A stretch of 64,000 nt of DNA from a virus. Position 1 is the first letter of the stretch. Each line of letters begins with the position of its first letter. The stretch covers positions 1 to 64,000 of IMG/VR virus record IMGVR_UViG_3300041809_000308; one strand, written 5' to 3'. The notes under the pieces are model-generated. The model was given only the letters and a program-made list of their open reading frames with translations. It made no database searches and was not told the origin of the DNA. This document shows, in pieces, positions 47,488-57,791 of this stretch. A program made the translations under genes and the position numbers.

Positions 47488-50400
47488 TTAATTTCCGCCA
47501 CAATTGTAGAATACGTCCCATGTAATATCTACTTGAAAATCTTGGCTAACAGAATTTTCACCAATTACAATGGTCGGAGATGATCCTGAAGTCGTCACAA
47601 CGGTCATATCCGTCGCTCCGACTCCCTGATTTCCGGCGGCAGGTAGGATGCTCACCACACAATTTGCCTTATTTGTTCTAGTACCCGGCAAATTGATAGT
47701 CATGAGAGTTGCCGTTGTAAGTCCAACATCGCCGCCAGAAATTTGCCAATCGCCAGAGAGCGAATCACATACATGTCCACTAGCACAGCCGACTGAGGAG
47801 AAATTACTGAGGGCTGAACCGCCTGAAACCGTGGCAGTCCCGGTACCTGCCAAACTAGTTAAAACTGTGGGGAATGGAATTGACACTGAAGCCACCCCCG
47901 TACTCCCGGAGGGGTGGGCGAAGGTCAATGTAGAGGTTGGGTTGGTTCCTGTACCCACCACATTTGTCATAGACCAGTCATCATTTATCGCACTACCGTT
48001 CCAAACACTCGAATAAAAGTTGAGAGAGTAGGAATTGTAGTTAGCTCCCGATGTGGCTGTGCCCGAGGGGGTGATATAGGATGCAGTGAAATCTGTAGAG
48101 CCTGTAAAGTTCGCACTGTTAAATGTTGGCCCGGTTGCCAGCGCAAACACCGTTCCAATGCCTGTACAGGTATTCGCAGTAAATTGACTACTTGAATTAG
48201 TCCCCACATTACACGCCGAAGCAGGAATTGAACCCCCATTTACCTTAACAACTGTAGTTGCCACACCACCATTACTGCTCGTCATATCCCCTGTAAATCC
48301 GGGCATGATCGCGGTTGGGAGGTACCCGCTACCTGTCAATTGTGGGATGTCATTAGCACTAGTGCCAACCGTGTAACTACCCCCCCACGCTGATCCTGTA
48401 GAATTTGGAATACCCGCAGCAGGATAGTTAAAGCTTACCGGAGCATACCACTTATCCAGCACATAGGCTCCAAAAGCCCCATAAATTGCAGTCTGTGTCG
48501 TACATTGATTTGCGGTGGTTGAAATTGTAAATCCGTTTAGCCAATTAGACGGCCATGTGAGGGTGTACGGGCCCCCACTACTAGCTTGACATGCGGTCAC
48601 GGTGACCGCCGCACCCGGAGACCCATTCGCAATCGTCAAAGTCGTATTACCTGTAAGATAAAGACTGTTCAGGGCTCCGTTGTACGAATTGAGAGCTACA
48701 GTTCCTGTAGCGGCTATATTAGCAGTTTCATTAGCATTTGATCCACTTAAAGGTAAAGATGTTGGCGTACCTAAGTTTGTGGCCGTTACATTAGCAACAA
48801 CTGGCTCATTTGCTGGAGTAAAAATGCTCGTATAGAGGAAGTTACCGATGTTATTGACCACAGCACCGTTGATTATGATTTGACCTGTTGAACTCGTTCC
48901 ATTTGGAAATGAAATCAAGGTATCCCCGGATGTGCTTGACGCGGCTACATACGAAACATCTGTGGCGGTGAATGTTCCGGTCAATTGACTCTGTTCATAG
49001 AATAAGGCACCCGCCGCAGCCGCACCAGATTCTTGTATCAAGTGATCGTTAACGAGATCAATCGACGCTGGTTGCACACCACCACCAAGGAAAACGATAG
49101 CCGTCATTGCTGTTGAACTATTGAAGTCAAAGCTGGAGTTAGTTATTTTGAGATGATTGAGACTTCCCTCAAGATAAATCGGTGCGAAAAGACCGCCGGT
49201 CATATTCCACATGTTCATGCCGTCGATGTCCAGAGTATTTATAAGGGTCGTAGTACTGAACGCGCCCTGCCATACGGCCAGCATAGTAGGTGTGTTCGAC
49301 AGACTAGTCTGTAAATCTTCGATTTTCAAGTTATTTATTACTATGTTCCATGTGGACCCCGGCGGAGGGATCAGTATAAGTCCCTCTTGTTCACCCGATC
49401 CTACAGGATTCATCAAACCGTTGTAGGCTGAGAGGGTCTGTCCAATGTGACGTAAGGTGATGTCGCCACCTGCATAGGTGGAAATTTGCACTGCGCTGGC
49501 TCCAATGTTTCCGCCTACGTCATCTACGATGATCTTGTCTAGTTGACCCTGCTCCAAGCCGACAGCGTAGTTAAAACCAAAGGGAAGAGAGCCCCCAGTA
49601 CAAGCTGTACACGTATAGGGAGCACCAATCACATGTGTAATTCTAATGTTACGAACTGGGATAGGCGCTCCACTTGAATATGATATTGGAGTTGCCCCGG
49701 AAACAGCTACACCATGACTTTGAACTGATCCACCCACCACATTACTTATTGACACCCCTGAAATCACACCATAAACCATCTCAGTGTTTGGATAATAATT
49801 GCCATCAGCCGCTGCCAACGCCACCATATCATCCCCGGACGTTCCAAACACACCATCAACAACCCCACTCTTTATCGGCCCCACCATGTGAAGCCCATCC
49901 TGTGCGTAAACCCACCCACGCACCGTCAGATTTTTGAACACAAAGTCATCAGAGTCCATAATCCAAAAATTGTAATGTCCAACACCAGTGGGTACTGTGC
50001 AGGAGCCGTCACATGCATAAATATTTTCTAGGTGCAAGCGATTGGTCGAGACCATCCATATTCCGAAACCGTATTCCGCTGGTGCTCCCCCTTGCATCAA
50101 AAGGTTAAGATTCTTGACGGTGATGTCATGGTCACGGGAAATGATTTTACAGGTTGTTGGGTTGGAAGCCGCAGATGGAGGGTCGGATAAAGTCGCCGAG
50201 GTTGTGCTATTCACAGCAGCTATTGTTGTGTGCCAATCAGTGCTTCCAACTGGAGGGCCACCAAAAGCCAGCCCCCCGGCGTATCCGCCAACACAATCAA
50301 TAGACTCCGTGCCCACATCTGCTTGAGTAAAATTGCACGTTGCAGATGTGATCGTATCAGAGCCCGGAGTCAAAACAACGTCTGTGCAAGTGCGGTTTGG

Positions 50401-50886
50401 TACTTGTGCAATTTGCGAGTTGCCCAAAATATAGTCATCGCTTGAAGGGTTGTAAGTGATCGTGGTGCTGTTGAGCCCATCCCAAATGGTGTTTGATCCG
50501 ATGGTAAGATGCCCGGATGTTGACCCCAAAACGCAGTTACCCGTGGTAGTCACATACCCCCCTGCGTTCAGTGCCGCTTGCAATGCTGCTGTATCGTTAA
50601 CACCGCCACAAACCACACTGGGTTTAGAGAAATTATCAACCTCCCAGCCATCCGTACCGCAATGGTAGCGTCCATTGGGAGTTACAGACCTGTCTTGATA
50701 TGGTTGCCCATAATTTGCGGCTGTACAACTTACACCCACTGTCGTAGGGGTTCCAAGACCCGTGATGAGCGGCCAACGAATATCTGTAGTGGGGTTAACC
50801 TGCGCTCTGGCGCTCCCAACAACAGTCATCAAAAGACCGAACAACAAACAACTACTAACTCGCATAAATCTCATGTGTATCTCCAT
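47488..50886 (-). CDS. pectate-lyase-like beta-helix tailspike/depolymerase with apparent Sec signal peptide
   Basis: DTAALQAALNAGG (Pectate_lyase_3 start), QDGLH...GTSGDDMVAL (GH28-like), T/S/G/N-rich beta repeats; N-terminal MRFMR-hydrophobic-ARA/Q. Confidence 0.75.
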   Translation of the reverse strand: MEIHMRFMRVSSCLLFGLLMTVVGSARAQVNPTTDIRWPLITGLGTPTTVGVSCTAANYGQPYQDRSVTPNGRYHCGTDGWEVDNFSKPSVVCGGVNDTAALQAALNAGGYVTTTGNCVLGSTSGHLTIGSNTIWDGLNSTTITYNPSSDDYILGNSQIAQVPNRTCTDVVLTPGSDTITSATCNFTQADVGTESIDCVGGYAGGLAFGGPPVGSTDWHTTIAAVNSTTSATLSDPPSAASNPTTCKIISRDHDITVKNLNLLMQGGAPAEYGFGIWMVSTNRLHLENIYACDGSCTVPTGVGHYNFWIMDSDDFVFKNLTVRGWVYAQDGLHMVGPIKSGVVDGVFGTSGDDMVALAAADGNYYPNTEMVYGVISGVSISNVVGGSVQSHGVAVSGATPISYSSGAPIPVRNIRITHVIGAPYTCTACTGGSLPFGFNYAVGLEQGQLDKIIVDDVGGNIGASAVQISTYAGGDITLRHIGQTLSAYNGLMNPVGSGEQEGLILIPPPGSTWNIVINNLKIEDLQTSLSNTPTMLAVWQGAFSTTTLINTLDIDGMNMWNMTGGLFAPIYLEGSLNHLKITNSSFDFNSSTAMTAIVFLGGGVQPASIDLVNDHLIQESGAAAAGALFYEQSQLTGTFTATDVSYVAASSTSGDTLISFPNGTSSTGQIIINGAVVNNIGNFLYTSIFTPANEPVVANVTATNLGTPTSLPLSGSNANETANIAATGTVALNSYNGALNSLYLTGNTTLTIANGSPGAAVTVTACQASSGGPYTLTWPSNWLNGFTISTTANQCTTQTAIYGAFGAYVLDKWYAPVSFNYPAAGIPNSTGSAWGGSYTVGTSANDIPQLTGSGYLPTAIMPGFTGDMTSSNGGVATTVVKVNGGSIPASACNVGTNSSSQFTANTCTGIGTVFALATGPTFNSANFTGSTDFTASYITPSGTATSGANYNSYSLNFYSSVWNGSAINDDWSMTNVVGTGTNPTSTLTFAHPSGSTGVASVSIPFPTVLTSLAGTGTATVSGGSALSNFSSVGCASGHVCDSLSGDWQISGGDVGLTTATLMTINLPGTRTNKANCVVSILPAAGNQGVGATDMTVVTTSGSSPTIVIGENSVSQDFQVDITWDVFYNCGGN

Positions 50887-52159
50887 TTGTGGTATTGGGT
50901 GGTGGTGAGAATAATATCGTCAGGACATTGCCTGTGATACTATAGTAAGAACCATATATTCTTTTGAGTCCATTTACAAAATAAAATGACCTTGTTGGAT
51001 TGACAGGCGTGAGTGGAAGCGTGTAAGTTGTTCCACCATTCGGGGCTGAAATTATCAAGGGAGCACCGAGCGTGCTCGTAATTACACCAAAGGCAACTGC
51101 AACAGTAGTCCCATCGGGTTTTACAATGCCAAGATTGCTGGTGGTCGCTGTTGGCAGAGAAGTAGCAACAAGTTGACCAGATGAATTTGTTGCTACGTAC
51201 AACGCTGAAATTGGAACCGCTGCGCCATTGACCCGAATCACAGTCGCTGCTTGTGAACCACTTCCCGGTCCTGAAGTTACGTCACCAGTAAGCTGGTCAA
51301 TTCCAGACGTTCCAGAAATGGCGCTAATAACCCCATCAGTGATAGAAATGGTGGTTCCGTCTGGTTTAACTGCCCCTAGTATTGAAGTAGTGGCTACTGG
51401 TAAATCTGCTGCAACCAAGGTTCTAAACGCTGGAACTGCTGCTGAACCTGAAACGGGACCGGCGAATACCGAATTTGCATTCTGAGGATTATCTACAATA
51501 ACAAGTGTTCCACTTGTCGTAATAGGTGAACCAGATACCCCTTGATGCGCTGGAACAGACAAAGCCACGCTCGATACTGTACCAACCCCTGCTGGTAAGT
51601 CAGCAAATACAAGATTACGAAATGCGGGAGTTCCCGCAGAGCCCGAAGGAGGACCGGCGTATACCGAGTTGATGGCCTGATTTGCTTTTGTAACAGTGAA
51701 GGTGCCCTCTGATGTAATAGGAGAGCCCGTAACAGTGAACTCTGAGGGCATGGACAAAGCCACGCTAGTCAAACCGGCGAGAGGTTCCCATGTCGAGCCC
51801 GTGTAATAAAAGAACTCACCAAGATTATCTGCCCAAACAATCCACCCTGTGTTGGGGATGTAGAAATCCCACGCAGGAACCAAATTGTTACTTCCTATTT
51901 GAGTAGCTTGCGTCGTCCACACAGCTATCTGGTTGACTTTCCCTGTCCATATCCCCGAAGGAGTACCTAAAAGAAGATAGGCATCCCCATTATTTGGAAA
52001 TGGTGGTGGTACCGTCACTGTCGTGTTCAACACGCTAGCTTGAATGAGATTATCTATTGCCCTCAAAAAGGGGCGGAGTTGGTCATAGTATGCCTCGCCT
52101 ATCGTGGCATTGTTTATCAAGCCAAGCTTAGGTCCGAAAGATAGCACCGCTGTTCCCAT
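50855..52159 (-). CDS. DUF2793-domain tail fibre / virion structural protein
   Basis: PP..P..GDAYLL..PSG.WTG...QIAVW...W.F..P..GW.VW (DUF2793) plus repeated SVALS.P....SGSPIT.SGT and AGP.SGSA..PAFR.LV.ADLP units. Confidence 0.78.
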   Translation of the reverse strand: MGTAVLSFGPKLGLINNATIGEAYYDQLRPFLRAIDNLIQASVLNTTVTVPPPFPNNGDAYLLLGTPSGIWTGKVNQIAVWTTQATQIGSNNLVPAWDFYIPNTGWIVWADNLGEFFYYTGSTWEPLAGLTSVALSMPSEFTVTGSPITSEGTFTVTKANQAINSVYAGPPSGSAGTPAFRNLVFADLPAGVGTVSSVALSVPAHQGVSGSPITTSGTLVIVDNPQNANSVFAGPVSGSAAVPAFRTLVAADLPVATTSILGAVKPDGTTISITDGVISAISGTSGIDQLTGDVTSGPGSGSQAATVIRVNGAAVPISALYVATNSSGQLVATSLPTATTSNLGIVKPDGTTVAVAFGVITSTLGAPLIISAPNGGTTYTLPLTPVNPTRSFYFVNGLKRIYGSYYSITGNVLTILFSPPPNTTNGDTHEIYAS

Positions 52160-52176
52160 AAATATTTCCTTTCCTC

Positions 52177-52884
52177 TTAGCTTGAAAATTCCTGTGCAAA
52201 GTTCTGCCCGAACCCATCTGTGATTACAATGGGGGTGAAAATTACAGTAAGGGGTAAGAGAATTGTCACCGCAATGTGGGTGAGTGTGTCATAAGCATTG
52301 AAAGTCAAAGTCATACTCTGCTGTAATCCGTTTACAATCTCATACAACCCCTCAGTGCCCACAACAGAGATAAGCCCCGAATTAACAGGGGGGTCAACCC
52401 CGTTATTCCCTGTAATCTCCACCTGTACAATGTTTACCGTATTCCAAACAACGTAAATAGGTGTATATGCAACCATTGTTGATGGTATTGCATCCGCAAA
52501 AGCCATAGGGGCTAAAGCCCCATCGCCTAAAGTGCTGTATACGCCCATAAGAGCAAAACCGGGAAGGTACACTGTAGTAATCGGTGAAATTGATTGTGTA
52601 GCGTAAAACGGCGGATTTGGCATGTGGTGGATTACTTGAACCACACCTTGTAAATTGATGTTCTGACTCATGTAGAGCAGGTACCGATTGTTGGGCAAGT
52701 CAAACACAAAACTACGCACAGAAACCAAAGTGCCGTCTACATAGACTCTCAAATCCCGACGAGGATCGAATGCTCCTAACGGTCCAATCTGTGTCAACGG
52801 CCCTGTGTAGCTGTCTCCTAGAATCCACTGAATGCGATTAGGGTATGGGGCGTTGGTCTGAATACTCATCTCAGTCATTGTCAC
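52177..52884 (-). CDS. putative virion structural protein
   Basis: Beta-rich ORF coupled within the structural operon. Confidence 0.6.
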   Translation of the reverse strand: MTMTEMSIQTNAPYPNRIQWILGDSYTGPLTQIGPLGAFDPRRDLRVYVDGTLVSVRSFVFDLPNNRYLLYMSQNINLQGVVQVIHHMPNPPFYATQSISPITTVYLPGFALMGVYSTLGDGALAPMAFADAIPSTMVAYTPIYVVWNTVNIVQVEITGNNGVDPPVNSGLISVVGTEGLYEIVNGLQQSMTLTFNAYDTLTHIAVTILLPLTVIFTPIVITDGFGQNFAQEFSS

Positions 52885-54319
52885 CCTCCGCTACAGATGC
52901 CAATAAAGATGCTTCCAATGAAGTTTGCTTTCTCTTTCTCATATCTTCAACAAACTTCTTTGCCCTCTCAGTAGACTCGTCAACCCGTTGACGAGTGGAC
53001 TCCAGTGCCTGAATCAATTCTTCATCGGTGGGCACGTTATGCCCGTGTTCCTGTTTCTCGTCTTCAGTCTCGTATGGAAGACCCCTATGCAAGTGGGGTT
53101 GATTCTTAATTTTCTTGTGATGCTCTTCGCGAAGCTTTTCTTCTTCCTGCTCAGTCAACGCGGTGAGGTCTTCTTCACCTTCAGGCTCTTCCGCAGTGAT
53201 GTCCTCTGTCTTAGGTGTCTCCACCGTAGCAGGAGCCGGAAGAGTGGCCGGATGGTCACGACCAACAACATCAGGATTCTGTCCCTCTTGAGCGAGGGCT
53301 TTGTCTTCTTCGTGCTTGATTTTACCGAGAGATTCTTCCTCCTCCCGCTGCCGCAAAGCATCAAGCAGCTTTTGTTGAATCTCCTTGTTCTTCAACTTGC
53401 GGATTTTCTTCAGTTCCTGCCGCTTCTTCATTTCATCCTGCCGCTTTTTCAGCCGGTCAGGAGTTTCCTTCTGCTTCAGTTGTTCCTTGTTCTTGCGAAC
53501 CTCCATCTCGCGAACGATGTTGATGATGTTGTGTTGGACGGAGGGGAGGATGCGTTCGAGCACAGCCTTGCAGTGCTTGCAGATGACGAAGTTGCCGCGC
53601 AGGTCGAGTCGTTGCGTTGGTGCCACAAGTTCAGGACGGGGCTTGCCGAGGAGACCGTCACGCTGGTGAAGATTCCACTGGGCTCCCCAATAGAGAAAGG
53701 CGGGGCAGGAGCAATTCAACTGCACATCGAGGTCGTTGGCGTTCTGTGTTTCCTGCACCTTAGAGACATCGAACTTAACGCGCACGTCGTGACCGGATGG
53801 GTCGGAGTAGGACTCACGACACTTGACATTGTAGTGAAGGAAAAGCTGCTTGGGGTTTGAATCAAGGAGAGACGCTTCGCATCCCGGACGCCGTTTGACT
53901 GAGAAAGCGTTTGTCTGAGCAACCAACTCCGGTACTGAGATGGCAACTTTGGTGATAGGTGCTTTACACTGTCCCAGTGGGATGGATATGAAAAACAGTG
54001 AGGCTCTCTTTGAATTGGTTGTCTTCACGAGATGAACAACCCCGGCTTCATAATCAATCAAGTCGATGATTTTGCCGCCAAACTTCTCTTTCAACGCGAT
54101 GTCGAAAGAGTTGAATTTTTCAATCGTGTCGTCATCAAACTGACGCAAACGGTCTGAGTCCTCTCCACTTATAGGAAGAGTTGCCATGCTCCACTGTACG
54201 AAGTTTGGAGCATCCTGTTCCTCATCCAATCCCTCGTCCTGAATGGCATTCCAAACATCCGGGGTTACTGTCTTGAAGAGCAGAGTGCTAACCGCATCAA
54301 TGTAGTTGGATTCGCTCAC
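52871..54319 (-). CDS. SWIM zinc-finger protein with charged C-terminal coiled coil
   Basis: CSCPAFLYWG...ICKH SWIM motif; KRAS and KVA linkers. Confidence 0.72.
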   Translation of the reverse strand: MSESNYIDAVSTLLFKTVTPDVWNAIQDEGLDEEQDAPNFVQWSMATLPISGEDSDRLRQFDDDTIEKFNSFDIALKEKFGGKIIDLIDYEAGVVHLVKTTNSKRASLFFISIPLGQCKAPITKVAISVPELVAQTNAFSVKRRPGCEASLLDSNPKQLFLHYNVKCRESYSDPSGHDVRVKFDVSKVQETQNANDLDVQLNCSCPAFLYWGAQWNLHQRDGLLGKPRPELVAPTQRLDLRGNFVICKHCKAVLERILPSVQHNIINIVREMEVRKNKEQLKQKETPDRLKKRQDEMKKRQELKKIRKLKNKEIQQKLLDALRQREEEESLGKIKHEEDKALAQEGQNPDVVGRDHPATLPAPATVETPKTEDITAEEPEGEEDLTALTEQEEEKLREEHHKKIKNQPHLHRGLPYETEDEKQEHGHNVPTDEELIQALESTRQRVDESTERAKKFVEDMRKRKQTSLEASLLASVAEGDND

Positions 54320-54324
54320 GCAGA

Positions 54325-54951
54325 CTAAGCCTCTATGGTAGAAACTAAAAGTTCTGATTCTACAGAGCCCGTTCTACGCAATTGAAAGTAGTGCTTTTGA
54401 CAATAATCCTTGTATGGCGTGACTCTTCCGCACTCAGCGACAATACAGTAGTTTGGGGCCTTTCGGGGTCGTCCACGACGCTTAGATTTTGGTGGTGACG
54501 GGGGTGTATACTCCCGTTCAAGATACAGAGCAGCGAGGCGCAACAATTCAGGATTGTCTTTGAATCGCCCTAGCCCATTGTTACACTGCTCACAAAGCAA
54601 TCCCCGTATCTTGTGGGTCACATGGTCATGGTCAACTGCCAGTCGATAACCATTTACGGTCGGGTTGCTGCAAATAGCGCAAACCCATCCTTGCTCCTCA
54701 CCCATCGCTGCATATTGTTCTGGCTCGACTCCGTAGTGTCGCCTAATGTTTTTACGATGCCCATATTCTGCCCACTGACTTTTGTTCGCTGCTTGGTGCT
54801 TCTTGACCCGTTCTCCACAACAGACCCGACACCAAGCAAATTTGGACGTTGTAACCACACCCGTTTTCTTACTCACATAAGAAGAACTATCGTAAAAATC
54901 GGATAACGGTTTGGTTTGCCCACAAGGTCCCTTGCACAATTTCTGTTCCAT
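54325..54951 (-). mobile_element. endonuclease VII-family homing endonuclease
   Basis: CAIC...LAVDHDH...IRGLLC..CNNGLG.FKDN.ELL..A..YL. Confidence 0.88.
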
Positions 54952-54973
54952 TTTCCGAACCCCTACTTATGTA

Positions 54974-55309
54974 TCACAAATTCGGAAAATCAAATGGGCT
55001 TGCGTTCCCCTCTCCATAGAAAACAACCCGGACTTTATCGTGTAAGTTGGGAATAGCAGCGTAACCCATACTGATAAGTCGGCGAACAACAAGGGCTTTT
55101 AGATACTTACGATGCTGACGGACGTTCATATCTCCCTTGGTATTATTACACCAGACACAGGCGGGGAGGAGGTTGTCGCTCCGGTTGGTGCCGCCCTGAG
55201 CACGAGGCGTTGCATGGTCGATTGTTTTGGCCTCCCGGCCACAGAACCAGCAACAACCGCCGCATTTTTGGATAGCCTCAATCCATAGGGTACGAGGGGT
55301 ACGAGACAA
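54974..55309 (-). CDS. HNH endonuclease
   Basis: CWFCG...TIDHATPRAQGG.N...NL.PAC..CN..KG. Confidence 0.88.
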   Translation of the reverse strand: MSRTPRTLWIEAIQKCGGCCWFCGREAKTIDHATPRAQGGTNRSDNLLPACVWCNNTKGDMNVRQHRKYLKALVVRRLISMGYAAIPNLHDKVRVVFYGEGNASPFDFPNL

Positions 55310-55522
55310 TTATTTCTCCGAGTGCCAGTTCTTGGTGCGTTGACCTGCCCGTATCTGGTTATTTCTAACCTGTAATTTTTTGAGTGTCTTGGGGCAGTTA
55401 TCAGCACGCCAATGATAGGACTGGCTAGTGCCAACGGGTGGACCGTGATTTTCGCTTCCACAATAAGGACAAGGTTTGTGTTCCACCCCGTCTGTCCTAA
55501 AGTGTGGGGGCGTGAGTTTCAT
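55310..55522 (-). CDS. small zinc-knuckle-like protein
   Basis: CPYCG...H...NCP; tiles between neighbours. Confidence 0.5.
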   Translation of the reverse strand: MKLTPPHFRTDGVEHKPCPYCGSENHGPPVGTSQSYHWRADNCPKTLKKLQVRNNQIRAGQRTKNWHSEK

Positions 55523-55952
55523 CGTTCTCTTCAGTTTCTTTTTTGGCTAGTGCTGCCACTAAACGAGAATTGTCAGCGATGAGAACTTCTTCACCGTGTG
55601 CCTTACGCCGCTTGATGGCAATCTCTGCCTTTGTGGGGCTCTCAGGCGCGTCGGAGACCGCTGGAACAGCCTTGGGTGTTTCCACAGGTATGGGAGCCGC
55701 CACAGGCGTTGGAGAGGGTGTAGTAACCTCTTCGATGAACTTACTCTTTAGCATAGCTACGACACCCAGTGGGTTCTGTTTTACCACCTTGACAATTTGC
55801 CCATTGCGATACACAGTAAGGCGATTCTGGTTAGCGGGATCATGTACCAGAAGGTCGCCGGGGCGAATGTAGAACTCGAAGTTCACAAAATTGATGGTGT
55901 GCTTGGCTACGTAGGATTTTTGCATGGGCCTTTGAGACGCCTCCTCAGACAA
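55497..55952 (-). CDS. hypothetical protein
   Basis: GAGGAGG RBS upstream of the in-frame ATG (MQKSY); Pro/Ala-rich C-terminus. Confidence 0.65.
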   Translation of the reverse strand: MSEEASQRPMQKSYVAKHTINFVNFEFYIRPGDLLVHDPANQNRLTVYRNGQIVKVVKQNPLGVVAMLKSKFIEEVTTPSPTPVAAPIPVETPKAVPAVSDAPESPTKAEIAIKRRKAHGEEVLIADNSRLVAALAKKETEENDETHAPTL

Positions 55953-56015
55953 CTAATACTCAATAAAGAAGCGTATATTGGGTTAAATGAAGTTAGCTCC
56001 CAGTTACCGGGCAGC

Positions 56016-56040
56016 AAAAAGGCACTCCCGAAGGAGTGCC
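56016..56040 (-). terminator. intrinsic terminator after major capsid gene
   Basis: GGCACTCC-TTCG-GGAGTGCC-TTTTT on the - strand. Confidence 0.88.
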
Positions 56041-56068
56041 TCTCTGGTTTGAGTCTCGAAGTCAGCTA

Positions 56069-57034
56069 TTAGTTCTCGCCGACGTTCTTTGTGGAGTTGA
56101 AGCGGCCAGTAACGGTCAGACGCTGAACACCAGACGGGTTGAAGACCAAGAAGCCAAGGTTCTCAAAAATCGAGAAACCAATCTGACGCAAGTCAGGGCG
56201 GTCAGCCGACATGACGGTAAGCGGAATACGCTCAGGGATGACACCGAGGAACTCGGCATCGGCCAGAATGTACACGCAACCATAGCCAACCTTACGGGAC
56301 TGGAGCAGAGTCGAACCCCAAAGGTAGCCCATGACGCCTGTCTTGAGCAGCTTGCGCTGGGTCTCACGGTCGATGTTCTGCTGAGTCCACTTCAACAGGT
56401 CCGTGTAGTCACGGGGGTTGAAGAAGCAGAAAGCAACCGACAAGTCATGACGCTGCACCTGTCCGAAACCATCGGCCATCGAGTTGATGTCGATAGGAGC
56501 GGAGATAGCAATGTCAATGTTGTACACCGGGTCGGTCGCACCAATGAGAGAACCATTGGCAGCGGTCGCCACAGCGTCGAACAGTGTGAAGACGTAACCG
56601 TCTTCGGCGGCACCCACTTCAGCCTTCGCGAGGTTCAAAGAACGGGCAACGAGGTCGAAGCGACGTTCCTTAATCTGCGTGATAGGAATCATGGGGTTTG
56701 AAACGATTTCGAACGTCGGAACCGTGACACGCTTTGGCTTAGTCACGCGAACGATGTCTCCACCTTCTTCGCCAACCACGAAAGCTTCCACAAAGGAGCC
56801 ACCGGGAGTCGAACCAACCGTCATAGCGGCTGTGTCGAATTCCTTATCGTAGATGGGCAGGGCACCGTCAGGAAGTGTTTCTACCATCAAAGCCTTACGG
56901 GCGATTGACATGTAGTCACGACGACGGCGGAGTGATGGGCCGAGCGAAGCAGCAAGCTTCTGACGACCACCGGCAGTCTTGAGCAACTGACCAAGCATTG
57001 CGGTCTGTTGCTGTGTGCGAGAAAGGTTAGCCAT
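56069..57034 (-). CDS. major capsid protein (HK97 fold)
   Basis: AAAGGAG RBS, ~320 aa, LPDGALPIYD, VTVPTFEI.SNP.I, AAEDG..F, G.LWG...,IGFSIFENLG; follows scaffold and decoration genes and precedes a strong terminator. Confidence 0.85.
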   Translation of the reverse strand: MANLSRTQQQTAMLGQLLKTAGGRQKLAASLGPSLRRRRDYMSIARKALMVETLPDGALPIYDKEFDTAAMTVGSTPGGSFVEAFVVGEEGGDIVRVTKPKRVTVPTFEIVSNPMIPITQIKERRFDLVARSLNLAKAEVGAAEDGYVFTLFDAVATAANGSLIGATDPVYNIDIAISAPIDINSMADGFGQVQRHDLSVAFCFFNPRDYTDLLKWTQQNIDRETQRKLLKTGVMGYLWGSTLLQSRKVGYGCVYILADAEFLGVIPERIPLTVMSADRPDLRQIGFSIFENLGFLVFNPSGVQRLTVTGRFNSTKNVGEN

Positions 57035-57054
57035 TTTGTATTCTCCTTTTTCTC

Positions 57055-57567
57055 TTAGAGCAACGAGGCAACGCCAAGCCAAGGCTCAGCAGTGGTTGGG
57101 ACGTGAGTGCAAATTCCCACGATGACCGAGTTCGCACCCTTACGGGCAACGTTCGTGTAAAAGCCGATGCCAGCGGTTGCTCCGCCGTTGTAGAGGTACG
57201 CACCGATTGAAGTGGTAGTGCTCCACGTTGCACCAGCATCATAAGCTTCCGAGTTCACATTGCCCTGCCAGAGGGCACGAACAACCGGAGCCTTCTTGGA
57301 ACCCGAAGGACCAATTGCACCAGCGAATTCGCCGGGGCCATTGATAAGGGAACCAAAGGGAATAACACCAGCAGTGTCACCGTTGGCTGGAACAATTACC
57401 GCCTCGTACTGAGTGGCAACTGCTGGAGCCGCGAGTGCGACAATCTTGCCACCGAGGTAGCCAGCAGCAGTCAACGTCTGTTGGTCAGTGCCGGGGTCGC
57501 CGGTAAGCACAACATCAGGAGACCACTGGGTGTCATTTTGTCCATAGTAAGTCAATTTCAATGCCAT
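57055..57567 (-). CDS. head decoration / cement protein
   Basis: Gly/Ala/Thr-rich 170-aa ORF directly upstream of the MCP; GGAG RBS. Confidence 0.65.
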   Translation of the reverse strand: MALKLTYYGQNDTQWSPDVVLTGDPGTDQQTLTAAGYLGGKIVALAAPAVATQYEAVIVPANGDTAGVIPFGSLINGPGEFAGAIGPSGSKKAPVVRALWQGNVNSEAYDAGATWSTTTSIGAYLYNGGATAGIGFYTNVARKGANSVIVGICTHVPTTAEPWLGVASLL

Positions 57568-57791
57568 ACTATTTTCTCCATGTAGAAGTCTTTGAATTAG
57601 GTTTCCATTCCAATTCGCAGTCGAGGAGACGACCCTGAACTATAGAATGGACTACCTTACTTCGTACAACTAAGGTATGGATAGTTACAAAATGCGATTT
57701 ATTGGAGTTAGCGCCCGTAGTGGCTGACCGTAGATGCGAAGAATATGTTGAATGAAATCACTACTATCTCCATCTATAGGAGCAGCAAATT

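Noticed and set aside
1543-53860. Long antisense ORFs in the track (e.g. 1543-2490, 24906-25787, 39183-40097, 52925-53860)
   Set aside because: They are shadows of well-supported genes on the opposite strand, with no motifs or RBS.
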